Shown here: piece after piece, positions 39,701 to 49,200 of the stretch
How the letters are laid out: the number at the start of each line of letters is the position of its first letter
Position numbering within the stretch: the stretch's first letter is position 1
Assembly (NCBI GenBank): GCA_963663545.1
Contig: OY760505.1
Location: 1,824,001-1,888,000, forward strand
Reading direction: 5' to 3'
DNA: 64,000 nt
DNA from: Candidatus Delongbacteria bacterium
GTDB lineage: Bacteria > CAIWAD01
Notes under the pieces: model-generated
The model's database searches: none
Told to the model about the DNA's origin: nothing
Seen by the model: only the letters and a program-made list of their open reading frames with translations
Position numbers and translations under genes: made by a program

Positions 39701-41546
39701 GCTTGTAATCGCCGTCGATGTAATACTCGATAAAGTCGAGTGCGCCGCCTTCCCAGTCCTCCCCATTGACCCGTATCACGGTGTTTGAGCTGACATCGCT
39801 GTAGTTCGCGGGTGATGTGATACTCACGGTCGGTGGCTGTGGTGATACAAGGTCTACGTTCTCATCCCAATCCGTTCCATAAGTATTGACCCAGCTTCCG
39901 CTCATGCTTGTCGCACAGCTGGCAGCAACGTACAGGGTGGTGTTGTCCCAACTGGAGGGAATGGCATAATCGAATCCATAGTAACCCGTGGCACCCGCAG
40001 CGATAGTGAGAGGGCCATGAGCTCCAGAGCTGTAGTCCCAACTGGAACTCCGACTGCGGTCCGCCAGAATCTGGCAGGTCACCGACTGACTGGCGCTTCC
40101 CGGGTTGACAACGCTGACATCCACGTGCAGTGTCTGGCCTGGTTCAAGTTCTGTGTCACTCAGATAGACACTCTCCACGTAGGGCATGGACTGAAATAGC
40201 TGCACCGTTGTGTTGGCGTCATTGTTCACCGTGATGTTGCCTGCCGTTCCCCAGTAGCTGGGATAGCCCCAGATGTCCGTCTGAGTGTTGTCGTAGGCCT
40301 CAAAGTGATACACACCTGCGGGAATTCCGCTCCAGTACGCGTAGCTGGGCGACGCCGTTTCGTCGTTGTCCAGATAGTTCCAGTCTTCGTCGTAGCGGTA
40401 CACCAGGGCGCCGGAACCGATGAGGGCGCCGTTCTCGCGTCTCACGTACACCGTCGCGCTTCCACCCGCTGAGACAGTAACCGTCTCCGTGCGCACGTTA
40501 TTGCTGGTGTTGGTTTCGCCATCTACAGTGCTTACGACGACGCGGAAGCTGTGTGATCCACTTGTTGTGAACACATAGTTGAGCTCGTTCTCGGTTTGTG
40601 TCTCACCGGGTTCCAACTCGCTGTGGCTGTCATCGTCCACGTAGAGGTAGTCGATGTAGTAGCTCAGGTCAATGTCTGTGGCAGTCACATCGCCCACATT
40701 CTCGATGGTTACGTGCAGATCCACTTCCTCGCCGACCATCGGGTTTTCGGGCGTCGTCCAGATATCAACGATGGCCACATCGGGCACCCCGGAGTCGACC
40801 GCAATCTCAACCTCGTCCACCCAAGCGCCTTCGTAGGTGACGGAACCATCGCTCTCAAAAATGAAGGCGATGTATACCTCGTCTTCGCCCAGCAGATTGC
40901 CCAGCGTAGGCACGTCGCTGAAGTCGATGCCCTCAACCTGCCAGCCGTCGGAGTCGCCGCTGGTCACGTAGCCCGAGAAGTTGGTGCCGTTGGTAGACGC
41001 CATCCAGCTGAACTCGTCAAAGTCTGCCTCGGAGATGTTCCAGTAATCAAATAGCAGCCAGGCTTCACTGGCATTGCTCAAATCAAAGGGGCCGTATACC
41101 ATCCAGGTCTCGAGGTCATTCGGGTAGTTGTCGTCTTCTGGGTCCAGGTCCTCGGCATCTTCATAAGCGATGTCGGCACACCAGCAGGCCCAGCTTCCCA
41201 CGTGGGGACGGGCGTTATCATCATCCCAGGCATAAGTCGCGTCACCCTCGTAGAAGCGATCCCAGTCGTTGTCCGCTGGAAAACTGCCCTCGAATGTCTC
41301 GTAGAGCAAATCCGTCCAGGTTCGGGTGGATTCGCGGTGATACGCTTGCGAAGCTGTCGTTTTTACCACGTCACCCGGTTCGGGCATCGGGCGTAACACG
41401 CTACTCAGGTCGCCGCGAAACACGCGCTCACCCTCGTGTTTCATCACTTGAGTCGTCCGCCCCTTGACGGGTGCAGCGTCAAGCCCTTGCGCAAGAAGCA
41501 CCAACAGCGCACAGCCGCCGGCAATAAAAGATCTCATAGATGCCAT
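36744..41546 (-). CDS. 1600-aa modular secreted protein: jelly-roll N-domain, CARDB, two ~200-aa repeats, Ig-like domain, GH18-like domain, FN3-like C-terminus
   Basis: Signal peptide; YGPFDLS..GAWVDEV; PDVAIVDIW..NNVRT (CARDB); PPTVSITSPA..WDT; AGIDLDAE and VDFIVPMCYD (GH18-like). Confidence 0.75.
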   Translation of the reverse strand: MASMRSFIAGGCALLVLLAQGLDAAPVKGRTTQVMKHEGERVFRGDLSSVLRPMPEPGDVVKTTASQAYHRESTRTWTDLLYETFEGSFPADNDWDRFYEGDATYAWDDDNARPHVGSWACWCADIAYEDAEDLDPEDDNYPNDLETWMVYGPFDLSNASEAWLLFDYWNISEADFDEFSWMASTNGTNFSGYVTSGDSDGWQVEGIDFSDVPTLGNLLGEDEVYIAFIFESDGSVTYEGAWVDEVEIAVDSGVPDVAIVDIWTTPENPMVGEEVDLHVTIENVGDVTATDIDLSYYIDYLYVDDDSHSELEPGETQTENELNYVFTTSGSHSFRVVVSTVDGETNTSNNVRTETVTVSAGGSATVYVRRENGALIGSGALVYRYDEDWNYLDNDETASPSYAYWSGIPAGVYHFEAYDNTQTDIWGYPSYWGTAGNITVNNDANTTVQLFQSMPYVESVYLSDTELEPGQTLHVDVSVVNPGSASQSVTCQILADRSRSSSWDYSSGAHGPLTIAAGATGYYGFDYAIPSSWDNTTLYVAASCATSMSGSWVNTYGTDWDENVDLVSPQPPTVSITSPANYSDVSSNTVIRVNGEDWEGGALDFIEYYIDGDYKHTDSSPDDATPASTWTWDTETISNGAHSVAAVGYDSDLRHTEDDVLLNVANVADVDLTVLDDGGSHMGTGIDVARYDSDYQYLDQDGTNSSGIATWSNVDAGDFYPMIFEAYDDRETELWGTRAFWGNTDFEVVPPNTCGILEIERSTPYCEGLLPENLNYAPGETVHIDLTVYNPGSTTMSCKTRIRIDDDLESSYLHTSTTHGPLSVSPGGRAYFGFDWTLPTDGDGRYYISAQVTSLINSDYQATDNTGFIAFFEVAPTFRVDGGSLSFSPDNSPAQGTTLFASGVLNGVGDGTISYHWCYTTPDGYVTHDLSTYTTTMTNGSASIGPYNGMPTEQYGTHSAWVVVTSPNSVESTHANYVVGRDVEALVVGDAAWLWQEYVPEDAADRLNAGDIEVVFLRVGHFRMNYDNHFVDFGFDETEFDPLDQQQVHATYSFGEDFINYLESDTETALADVIAGLDETLYDDGYRFPMLAGIDLDAEGIDVETYTVLLDAVFEEFGSQYLISLSPQNWMIDASGYDEMVEHVDFIVPMCYDYGWANTYGDNFEVTDPGWIMARSAVFESKGLPYYVGIPTYSYYKIYDASGTCVNHWPNLSQEMIISSGMTLQSESMNTWTSPSLPTVYSGDNISIYTCSSDTDLGAYIVPAGGRVCVDEVGGEGALAYRAAAWSGGGRNMLGVSLFAFNTTTDAMLDALEDGVSPTVEPEVHLTTLNAQNGLNWIELGLENTGMEASRARPGAAGLHVRVTQGFFYDAVPIIGDFDDYAAYQIVGDNVYEVPDARYADFIELYETRLEPGEEVVLPELRVTSLGEGAELLVRAWAWSLDDPIDQPGQSNRWWHEYDGHNRLETRVIRDPEDNSVVNDEFDGTARVVDYACHRYSLAGVTQPSPVTLHVLTTVDDEVALYWAPVAGANSYQIHASADCRFNANAETLVAKTAQSYYLLPITVTRQFYQVLSSTEELRDDESITSGGLSQEDRMKGQLN

Positions 41547-41743
41547 TCTCGACTCCCGACTTTCTGCAAGCGTTGTATCACAGCCGGGTTTCCGGCGTGA
41601 ATATTCCTCACCTTCTCATCGATCTCCGGGAGGCCGCTTCTTCTTTGCGGCGGCTACCAGAGTGGATTGGCATAACTCCTGCGACACTGGCACATTTTTC
41701 GTAGTCCATACGGGCCTGCTGAATCAATTGACTGTGGGGACCC

Positions 41744-43123
41744 ATGAAAGCACGTATTCTGGTCGTCGACGACAATCCCAGCCTGCTGCGCGAAGTTCGC
41801 AGCATTTTCGAGGAACAGGGACATATGATCGATGACTGCACAAGCGTATTCGACGCAAAGCGACTGATCGATGAGAACCGTTACGATGCGGCCGTTTTTG
41901 ATATTCATTTCCCGGATGGAAACGGCGTCGATCTGCTCAAATACAGCAAGCAACACCAACCAGCGTTACCAGTGATCATGCTCACCGGCGAATCCTACGA
42001 CGTGATGACGGCCGTTGAGGCAACCAAGGCGGGCGCCTACAACTTTCTTTCCAAGCCGGTCTCAAGCGTTGATCTGGAAATGAATCTGCGTCACGCACTT
42101 GAGCGCAGCCTACTGCTCCGCGAGAATGAAAACCTGGAGCGTGTATCACTGCAGAGTTTCGGCATCGTTGGCGGAAGCCCTTCGATGCAGCGTATCAAGC
42201 GCTTCATCAAGGTGGTCCTCAACCTTGACAGCCCCATCGTGCTCTACGGTGAGACAGGAACGGGCAAGAGCAGTCTGGCACGCGCCATCCACATGCTGAG
42301 CAACCGTTCCGAAGGCCCTTTCTACGTCATCGATTGCAGCGCGCTCACACCCACCTTGATCGAAAGCGAACTCTTTGGAGCCGTCAAGGGCGCGTACACA
42401 GGAGCTCACCGTGATACAATGGGTAAGGTTGAAATGGCCAACGGCGGAACGCTGCTGCTGGACGAGATCAACAGCCTGCCCATGGAGCTGCAGTCGCGCC
42501 TGCTCACCTTCCTCGAGGAGCGCAGTTTCACCCCCGTCGGCAGCACCGAACGTCGTGATGTAGATACACGCATCATTGCGGCTTCCAACGTCGATCTGCA
42601 GGAGCTGCAGCGCGCGGGACGTTTTCGCGAAGATCTGCTGGCGCGACTGCGTTACAGCATTTCTCTGCCACCGCTGCGTGAGCGCCCGGACGACATTCCG
42701 CTGCTCGCCCAGCAACTATTAGAACGCGAGTGTCTTCGACAGAAGCGCCCCGTGGCCGGTATCGATCCCGAAGTCATCGCTTTTCTGCGCGCGCAAAAGT
42801 ACCCGCGTAACATTCGTGACCTTCAGGCGTTGATTGAACTCTCCGTCGCTCTCTTCGCCGAGGCAGCTCCTGAAGGAGAGCTGCCGCTGCAGTTGGAGTA
42901 CATCACCGAAGCCGCCAGCTACATGGGCGACGAAGTGGTCAGCATTCCACAAACCAGCTATCACGCTGCGATGGCGGCCAGCGAACGGCGCTTGATCGAA
43001 GAGGCACTGCGTGCACACAAGGGACGCGTAAGTCTTGCGGCTGCTTCTCTTGGTCTGGCGCGCGACAACTTTGGTCACAAGATGCGCAAGCACGGCATTC
43101 AAGCAGAACACTACAAGCGTTGA
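41744..43123 (+). CDS. Sigma54-dependent (NtrC-family) response regulator
   Basis: Receiver ILVVDD..DIHFPDGNG; AAA+ GETGTGKS, ESELFG..GAYTGA, LLLDEI, FREDLLARL; C-terminal HTH. Confidence 0.93.
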   Translation: MKARILVVDDNPSLLREVRSIFEEQGHMIDDCTSVFDAKRLIDENRYDAAVFDIHFPDGNGVDLLKYSKQHQPALPVIMLTGESYDVMTAVEATKAGAYNFLSKPVSSVDLEMNLRHALERSLLLRENENLERVSLQSFGIVGGSPSMQRIKRFIKVVLNLDSPIVLYGETGTGKSSLARAIHMLSNRSEGPFYVIDCSALTPTLIESELFGAVKGAYTGAHRDTMGKVEMANGGTLLLDEINSLPMELQSRLLTFLEERSFTPVGSTERRDVDTRIIAASNVDLQELQRAGRFREDLLARLRYSISLPPLRERPDDIPLLAQQLLERECLRQKRPVAGIDPEVIAFLRAQKYPRNIRDLQALIELSVALFAEAAPEGELPLQLEYITEAASYMGDEVVSIPQTSYHAAMAASERRLIEEALRAHKGRVSLAAASLGLARDNFGHKMRKHGIQAEHYKR

Positions 43124-43164
43124 ATGATGATTGCCTTGTCGTGAAGTATGCCAAAGAGCAAATG

Positions 43165-43192
43165 CGGGGCCCCGAAAGGCCCCGTTTGTTTT
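43165..43192. terminator. Terminator between convergent genes
   Basis: CGGGGC ... GCCCCG followed by TTTGTTTT. Confidence 0.65.
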
Positions 43193-43200
43193 CGTTCACA

Positions 43201-46200
43201 TCATTCGTTTACGGCCACAACGCGGAAGAACAAGCGCGGCTGTGACACAGGAAGAAGAAGCGTTGTCTGGGTACACTCGGCAAGCTGCACGCCCTCTTCC
43301 AAAGCAAAGCAAGCCTGATCGCAAGCATAGACACGATAAGCGCTGACGACAACAGGCTGTCCTTGATCGTCCACGCTGACTGGAGACCAGCTTAAGCGGA
43401 TCTGTGATGTGCCAACCGGCGTGATACAAAGGTCCTGAATTCTCGCCGGTGATACATTGCGCGAACGAATCGTGAAGACGTCTGGATCAACGGCTACCAG
43501 CGTACTACCGTTCTGTAGATGTGTCACAGCCTGCATCCTGCATTCTTCGCCGTAGGTGTCCGGCAACTGCCAGGAGTAGCTGACGGTCGGCGACAACTCT
43601 TCGGCTATCACGTACTCAAAGCTTGCGCCACCATTCGTTGACAGTAGCAGGTCCACGCTCATTGCAGCTTGAGGATCGGCAAGCTGCCAACTCACTTCTG
43701 CCGTGTCACCGCTGTAATACACCGCTCCTGCGCTCGCGGCATTTACAAAGAACTCGCCCACATGCATCACAACAGGAATGCTGACAAGGCCATTGTCGGG
43801 ATCGTTGCTGCTTAGCACCAGTGCGGCGGCATAAGTGCCTTCGCTGATTCCGTTGGTGTTGACACGGACGCTGACGATGGTGCTGGAACCTCCGTCCAGC
43901 TCACCGCCCATTGGTGTAGCACTTAGCCAGCTGATCTCGGTGCGGCCCGGGTCCAGAGTATCGGAGAGCGCCTCCTGCAGCGTCCACTGCATAGGCTCCA
44001 CACCTGCATTGCCCAGGGTTATCGAAAGCGCCTGTTCGTCACCGGGGAACACTTGATAGCGCAGTTGTCCCGGCGTGAGCCACAGGGTCGGCGGTGCGCC
44101 CGTTGTGGGTGCGACAGCAAATGGCAGGAAGTCCACGTCATCACTGACTACGTCGCCAAGCCCAGTTGGATTGCTGCTGTGCTGTGGCCCCGTGACATCG
44201 CCCCAGTAGTTGTCCGTCGCGTCCACCACAGCACCACTGACGTTCTGGTAGCCATAGGTTGTGTTCTCCATCAGGTCGCAATTGTGCAGTTCGCCGCTTC
44301 CACTGTAACAGTAGACGCCGACGCCATTGTGATGCAGGCTGTTGTAGGCTATGCTAGCCTCGCTTCCCGCCTGTCGTAGATAAATTCCCTGACCCGACGC
44401 GTGCGCAAACTCATTACCCTGTATCACGGGGCTTGAGCTACCGCTGCTATTGCCATAAAAGTACAAACCGCGCAGACCACCGCTGGTGGTATTGTTCACG
44501 ATTACCGGCACCGTCGCCAGCGAACTGTGAGCGTAGTAGTAGATGCAATTAGTATTGGAGTACACATTCTCGAATTGACAATGTGTGACCGTTGGCGAGC
44601 AGTTTTCGATGCGCAACACTGAATTGTGATCGCTGTCACGACGACCACCATAGCGGAAGATCATGTCGTGGATGTTGTTCTCGCCGTTATCGAGGCGCAG
44701 ATAGCCCCAGTCGTTGACACTGGCCAGCTGCTCGTTGCCTTCAACGTCATCACCGTTTGTATCACCGCCAACCTCATCATCGCGACTAGAGGTAAAGATG
44801 ACTTCGTGACCTGGAGCTCCATCAAGATTCAGCACACCGAGCACCTGCAGGTAGCGGTTTGCACTGTGCGTGTTCTGATAGAGGAATTTGACCACAAGGT
44901 CTGGATCAAGCGTCAGTGTATCACCGGCAGAAACACTCAGGTTATTCCACACCGTCCAGGGCATGCCATCGATGGTGCGCAAGCGCGCGCTTTGGCTCAT
45001 GGTGCCGCCAATGCACAGTGTGTGATTCACAGTACCCAACAGATCATTGTCTGTCCACGTCGTCGGCACGGCCCATCCGTTGACGTAGAGCGGATTGCGC
45101 GTGCCCTCGGTATCCACGGTGCTGTGAGAGATCGTGTTGTGCTCAATGCGCGCACGGCATTCCGTCAGATTGAAAGCCCAGCTGCACTCGCTGATGTGAT
45201 TGTAGGCAATGTAAGGCGTCGTGGCATCCACTCCGGATGCGTTTCCATCCAGATTGAGGGCCGTGCCAACATTGCTGATGGTGTTGTAGCTAATCTGTGG
45301 CGCACTTTCCGCGCTCTGCGGTGCGTCGTAATCGATAGCCGTACAGCCGCTGTAGCAATCGACGAATGTATTACGCCGTACGATAGGAGCACAGTCATTG
45401 ATGTAGAGCACCGTGTGACGATCACTATCGCGGCGTCCTCCGTAGCGGAAGAGGACATCGTGGATATCGTTATCACCGTTCAGAACGCGCAAATGACCCC
45501 AGTCATTGCCACTGGCCGCCTGCTCACTTCCTTCCGTCTCGTCTCCATTTGTATCACCGCCGAAGTCGTCGTCGCGACTTGACGTGAACACCACCTCGTG
45601 TCCCGGGCTACCGTCCAGGTCCAGGATTCCCTGAATCTGCATGTAGCGGTTGGCGCTGTGAGTGCTCTGATAAAGGAACTTGACGACCAGGTCGGCGTCG
45701 AGTGTCAGTGTTGCCCCTGTGTTTACTGCCAGGTTGTTCCACACCGTCCAGGGCATGCCATCAATGGTGCGCAAGCGCGCGCTCTGGCTCATGGTGCCAC
45801 CAATGCACAGTGTGTGATTCACGGTACCCAACAGATCATTGTCTGTCCACGTCGTCGGCACAGCCCATCCGTTGACGTAGAGCGGATTGCGCGTGCCCTC
45901 GGTATCCACGGTGCTGTGCGAGATCGTGTTGTGCTCGATGCGCGCACGGCATTCCGTCAGATTGAAAGCCCAACTGCACTCGCTGATGTGGTTGTAGGCA
46001 ATGTAGGGCGTCGTGGCATTCACTCCGGATGCGTTTCCATCCAGGTTGAGCGCTGTGCTGACATTGCTGATACTGTTGTACGTGATCTGCGGGGTACTCT
46101 CCGCGCTCTGCGGTGCGTCGTAATCGATAGCCGTACAGCCGCTGTAGCAATCGACGAATGTATTACGTCGCACAATCGGTGCACAATCATTGACATAGAG

Positions 46201-49200
46201 CACCGTGTGACGATCGCTGTCGCGGCGCCCGCCGTAGCGGAAGATGACATCGTGGATATTGTTGTCACCGTTTAAAACTCGCAGGTGGCCCCAGTCGCTT
46301 GAGCTGGCTTCCACCTCGCTGCCTTCGATTTCATCACCGTTTGTATCACCGCCAAACTCGTCGTCACGGCTGGAAGTAAACACGACTTCGTGGCCCGGGC
46401 TGCCGTACAGATCCAGAATGCCCTGAACCTGCAAATAGCGGTTGGCACTATGCGTACTCTGATAGAGGAACTTCACAACCAGATCTTCATCAAGGGTCAG
46501 TGTATCACCGCTGGCGACCGTGACATTGTTCCACACCAACCAGGTGAGTCCCTCAACATCGCTCCAGTGCACGTTCTGATTGATGTTGCCCTGCACCGCA
46601 ATCACGGGAAGGATCGTGCCCGTCAGCTCGTTGTCCGTGAGCGCAGGAGAAACCCAGCCGTTGAGCAGGAAAGGAAGCCGGGTTCCTTCGGTTTCGGTAC
46701 CCGTGTGGCTGATGTGGTTCTCCACCAGGCTTGGTGTGCACTCGTTGAGTTGAATGGCAACGGAGCAGTCGGAGATTGTATTACGCGCAATCAGGGGCTG
46801 CGTTGCCAGCTGACTGGATCCGTTGCCGTCCAGATAGATCGCCTGATTGACGTCGCTGATGCTATTGTCCAGTATCCTCGGCGTTGTTACGCTGCTCTGG
46901 CTTGCGCTGTAGTAGATGGCTGTCGCAGAAGGATAACAGTCAAGGAGGCGGCAGTCGTTGATCTGCGGCGAGCATCCGACGACGTAGATGACATTGTGCC
47001 GATCACCGTCGCGGCGACCCGCGTAGCGGAAGATCAGATCATGCACTACTGTTTCGTCTGTATCGAGACGCAGATAGGCCCAATCGCTTGAACTGGGTTC
47101 TACTTCCAGCACAGGTGTCTGGTCGTCGCCGTTTGTATCACCGCCGAACTCGTCGTCGCGATTTGAAGTAAGAACGATCTCGTGTCCCGGCGCACTCAGG
47201 AAATTGATACTTCCCAAAGCCTGGATATAGCGATTTGCGCTGCGGCTGCTCTGCGGCAGGAACTTCACCACAAGATCCGGTGCCAGGGTCAGCTCAACGC
47301 CACTGTTCACCGTGATGTTGTTCCAGATGAGATAAGGCAGATCGTGCTCAACGTGAGTCCAGCGCGTATCACGCGCGATAGCTCCTTGCACAGCCAGCAC
47401 GGGCCAAACCGTACCCAGCAGAATATTGTTCTCGAAACTTGGCTCTACCCAACCATTGATCAGGTAAGGGAGGCGTGTCCCTTCATTGGTCGCATCCTCG
47501 TGACTGATCAGGTTGCCAGAAATCAACGGATCGCACTCGTTCAACTGAATTGCATAGCTGCAGTTGATCAGTTCATTTCCCTGGATCACCGGGGAAGTCG
47601 TTGTGCGAGACACGTTGCTACCATCTACGTAGAGGGCCTGATTCACGCCTGTGATACGATTGTTGCTGATCTGGGGAGTGGTTTCAGCACTCTGGTTGGC
47701 CTGATAATAAATGGCCGTCGTGCCACTGTAGCAGTTCTCCACAAGGTTGTGATCCACAACCGGTGACACACCATCCGCCCAGATCACGGCATTACGCGTG
47801 CTTTGTAATCCAGCGTAACGGAAGAGAGCGTTCTCTACACGGACGGCACCATTGCCGATGCGCAGAAATCCCCAGTCACCGGCAGCAGCGACCGTCTCTT
47901 CGCCGTCGCCGTTGCTGTCACCGCCGTATTCGTCATCTCGCTCCGAGGTAAACACCACCGGATCTGCAGGCGTGCCCAGCAGACGAAGATCGCCCAGGGC
48001 GTACAGCCAGCGCTTGCCACTGGCGCTGGACTGATACTGGAACTTGACGACCGTGCCGCCCTCGATGGTCAGTGTGACACCGCTGTTGATGGTGATTCCA
48101 CTCGTCAGCAAATACACGTAGTCGCGCGACCAGAAGGTATCCGCAGTTATGTTGCCGCTGATTTGGATCACACCTTCCTGAGCGTGCATGGCGTCCAGCA
48201 GCGCGGGAAGATCGGGCATCAGGCCAATGGGACGATCGAACTCTTCGCTCTGCGGCGTTCCCGTAGTACGAAGCAAACTGCGCATTTGCCAGGCGTCCAA
48301 CACTTCGCCACTGTGGCCGCTCTTGAAGACACCCTGCATGCACGCGACAGCTCCTGCGATGATGGGCGTCGCAGCCGAGGTTCCGCTAAAGGAGTAGGTA
48401 TAGGCCTGTCGCTCATCACCACCAGGCAGAAAGAGATCACCGTATCCACAGGATACCACCGTTTCGCCCACGGCAAAGGCATCAATTCGACTGCCGCTGT
48501 TGGTGTAACACGCGGGTTCTAGATCCGTGTTGGCCGCGGCAACAAGTAGGGCTCCGCTGTCTTGTGTCACCAGATCCCACTGCCCGGCAAAATCGCTGTG
48601 ATCCAAGGGCAGACAGCCGTTTCCGGCAGCTGTCACCACAATCAGGCCATTCGCAGTCAGGGTTTGAATGGCTTCGAAATCCGCCAGATTAGCCTCCGGC
48701 GGCAGCATTCCCGCTTCGCCGCAACTGCACTCATAGCCTGAGGGAAAGCTTCCAGACTCGTAGCCCCAGGAGGCGCTGATCACATCTCCCGCGTCAAGGG
48801 CCGCCCCAGCCGCAAGCCAGGCCGCCGCAGTACCTTCCTCGAAGATGCCTTGAGCGAAAACGGCCTCCGGCGCTGCCAGCATACCGTTGACGCCGTAGTC
48901 TCCGTGAGCCGCAGCAAGCACGCCCGCGCATGCGGTTCCGTGATTGCGCCACTCTGTGTCAGCAGAATTGCCTCCACCCAGGTAGCTCAGATCCAGATCT
49001 TCGTGATCCAACACCCAACCGCCGTCGATCACGCACACGCTCACCGTAGCGGCATCGGCACCCGTAATCGATCCAACACTCGTAGCACCCGTTCCCGTCG
49101 GCGCATTCAAAAGATGGTGCTGCATCGGTGTGTAGTTGGGTGTCGTTGGTGTCAGATCTACCGCGGACATCTTCGGTAAGGGTACGAGGCCGGCATAGCG

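Noticed and set aside
41668..41702. Sigma54 promoter upstream of the response regulator (TGGCAT-N5-CTGC; TGGCAC-N5-TCGT)
   Set aside because: Both candidates deviate in the -12 element; too weak to call.
44940..46202. Diversity-generating retroelement template/variable repeat pair
   Set aside because: Both copies are in-frame parts of one CDS, differences are mostly synonymous and not adenine-specific, and no reverse transcriptase is in the window.
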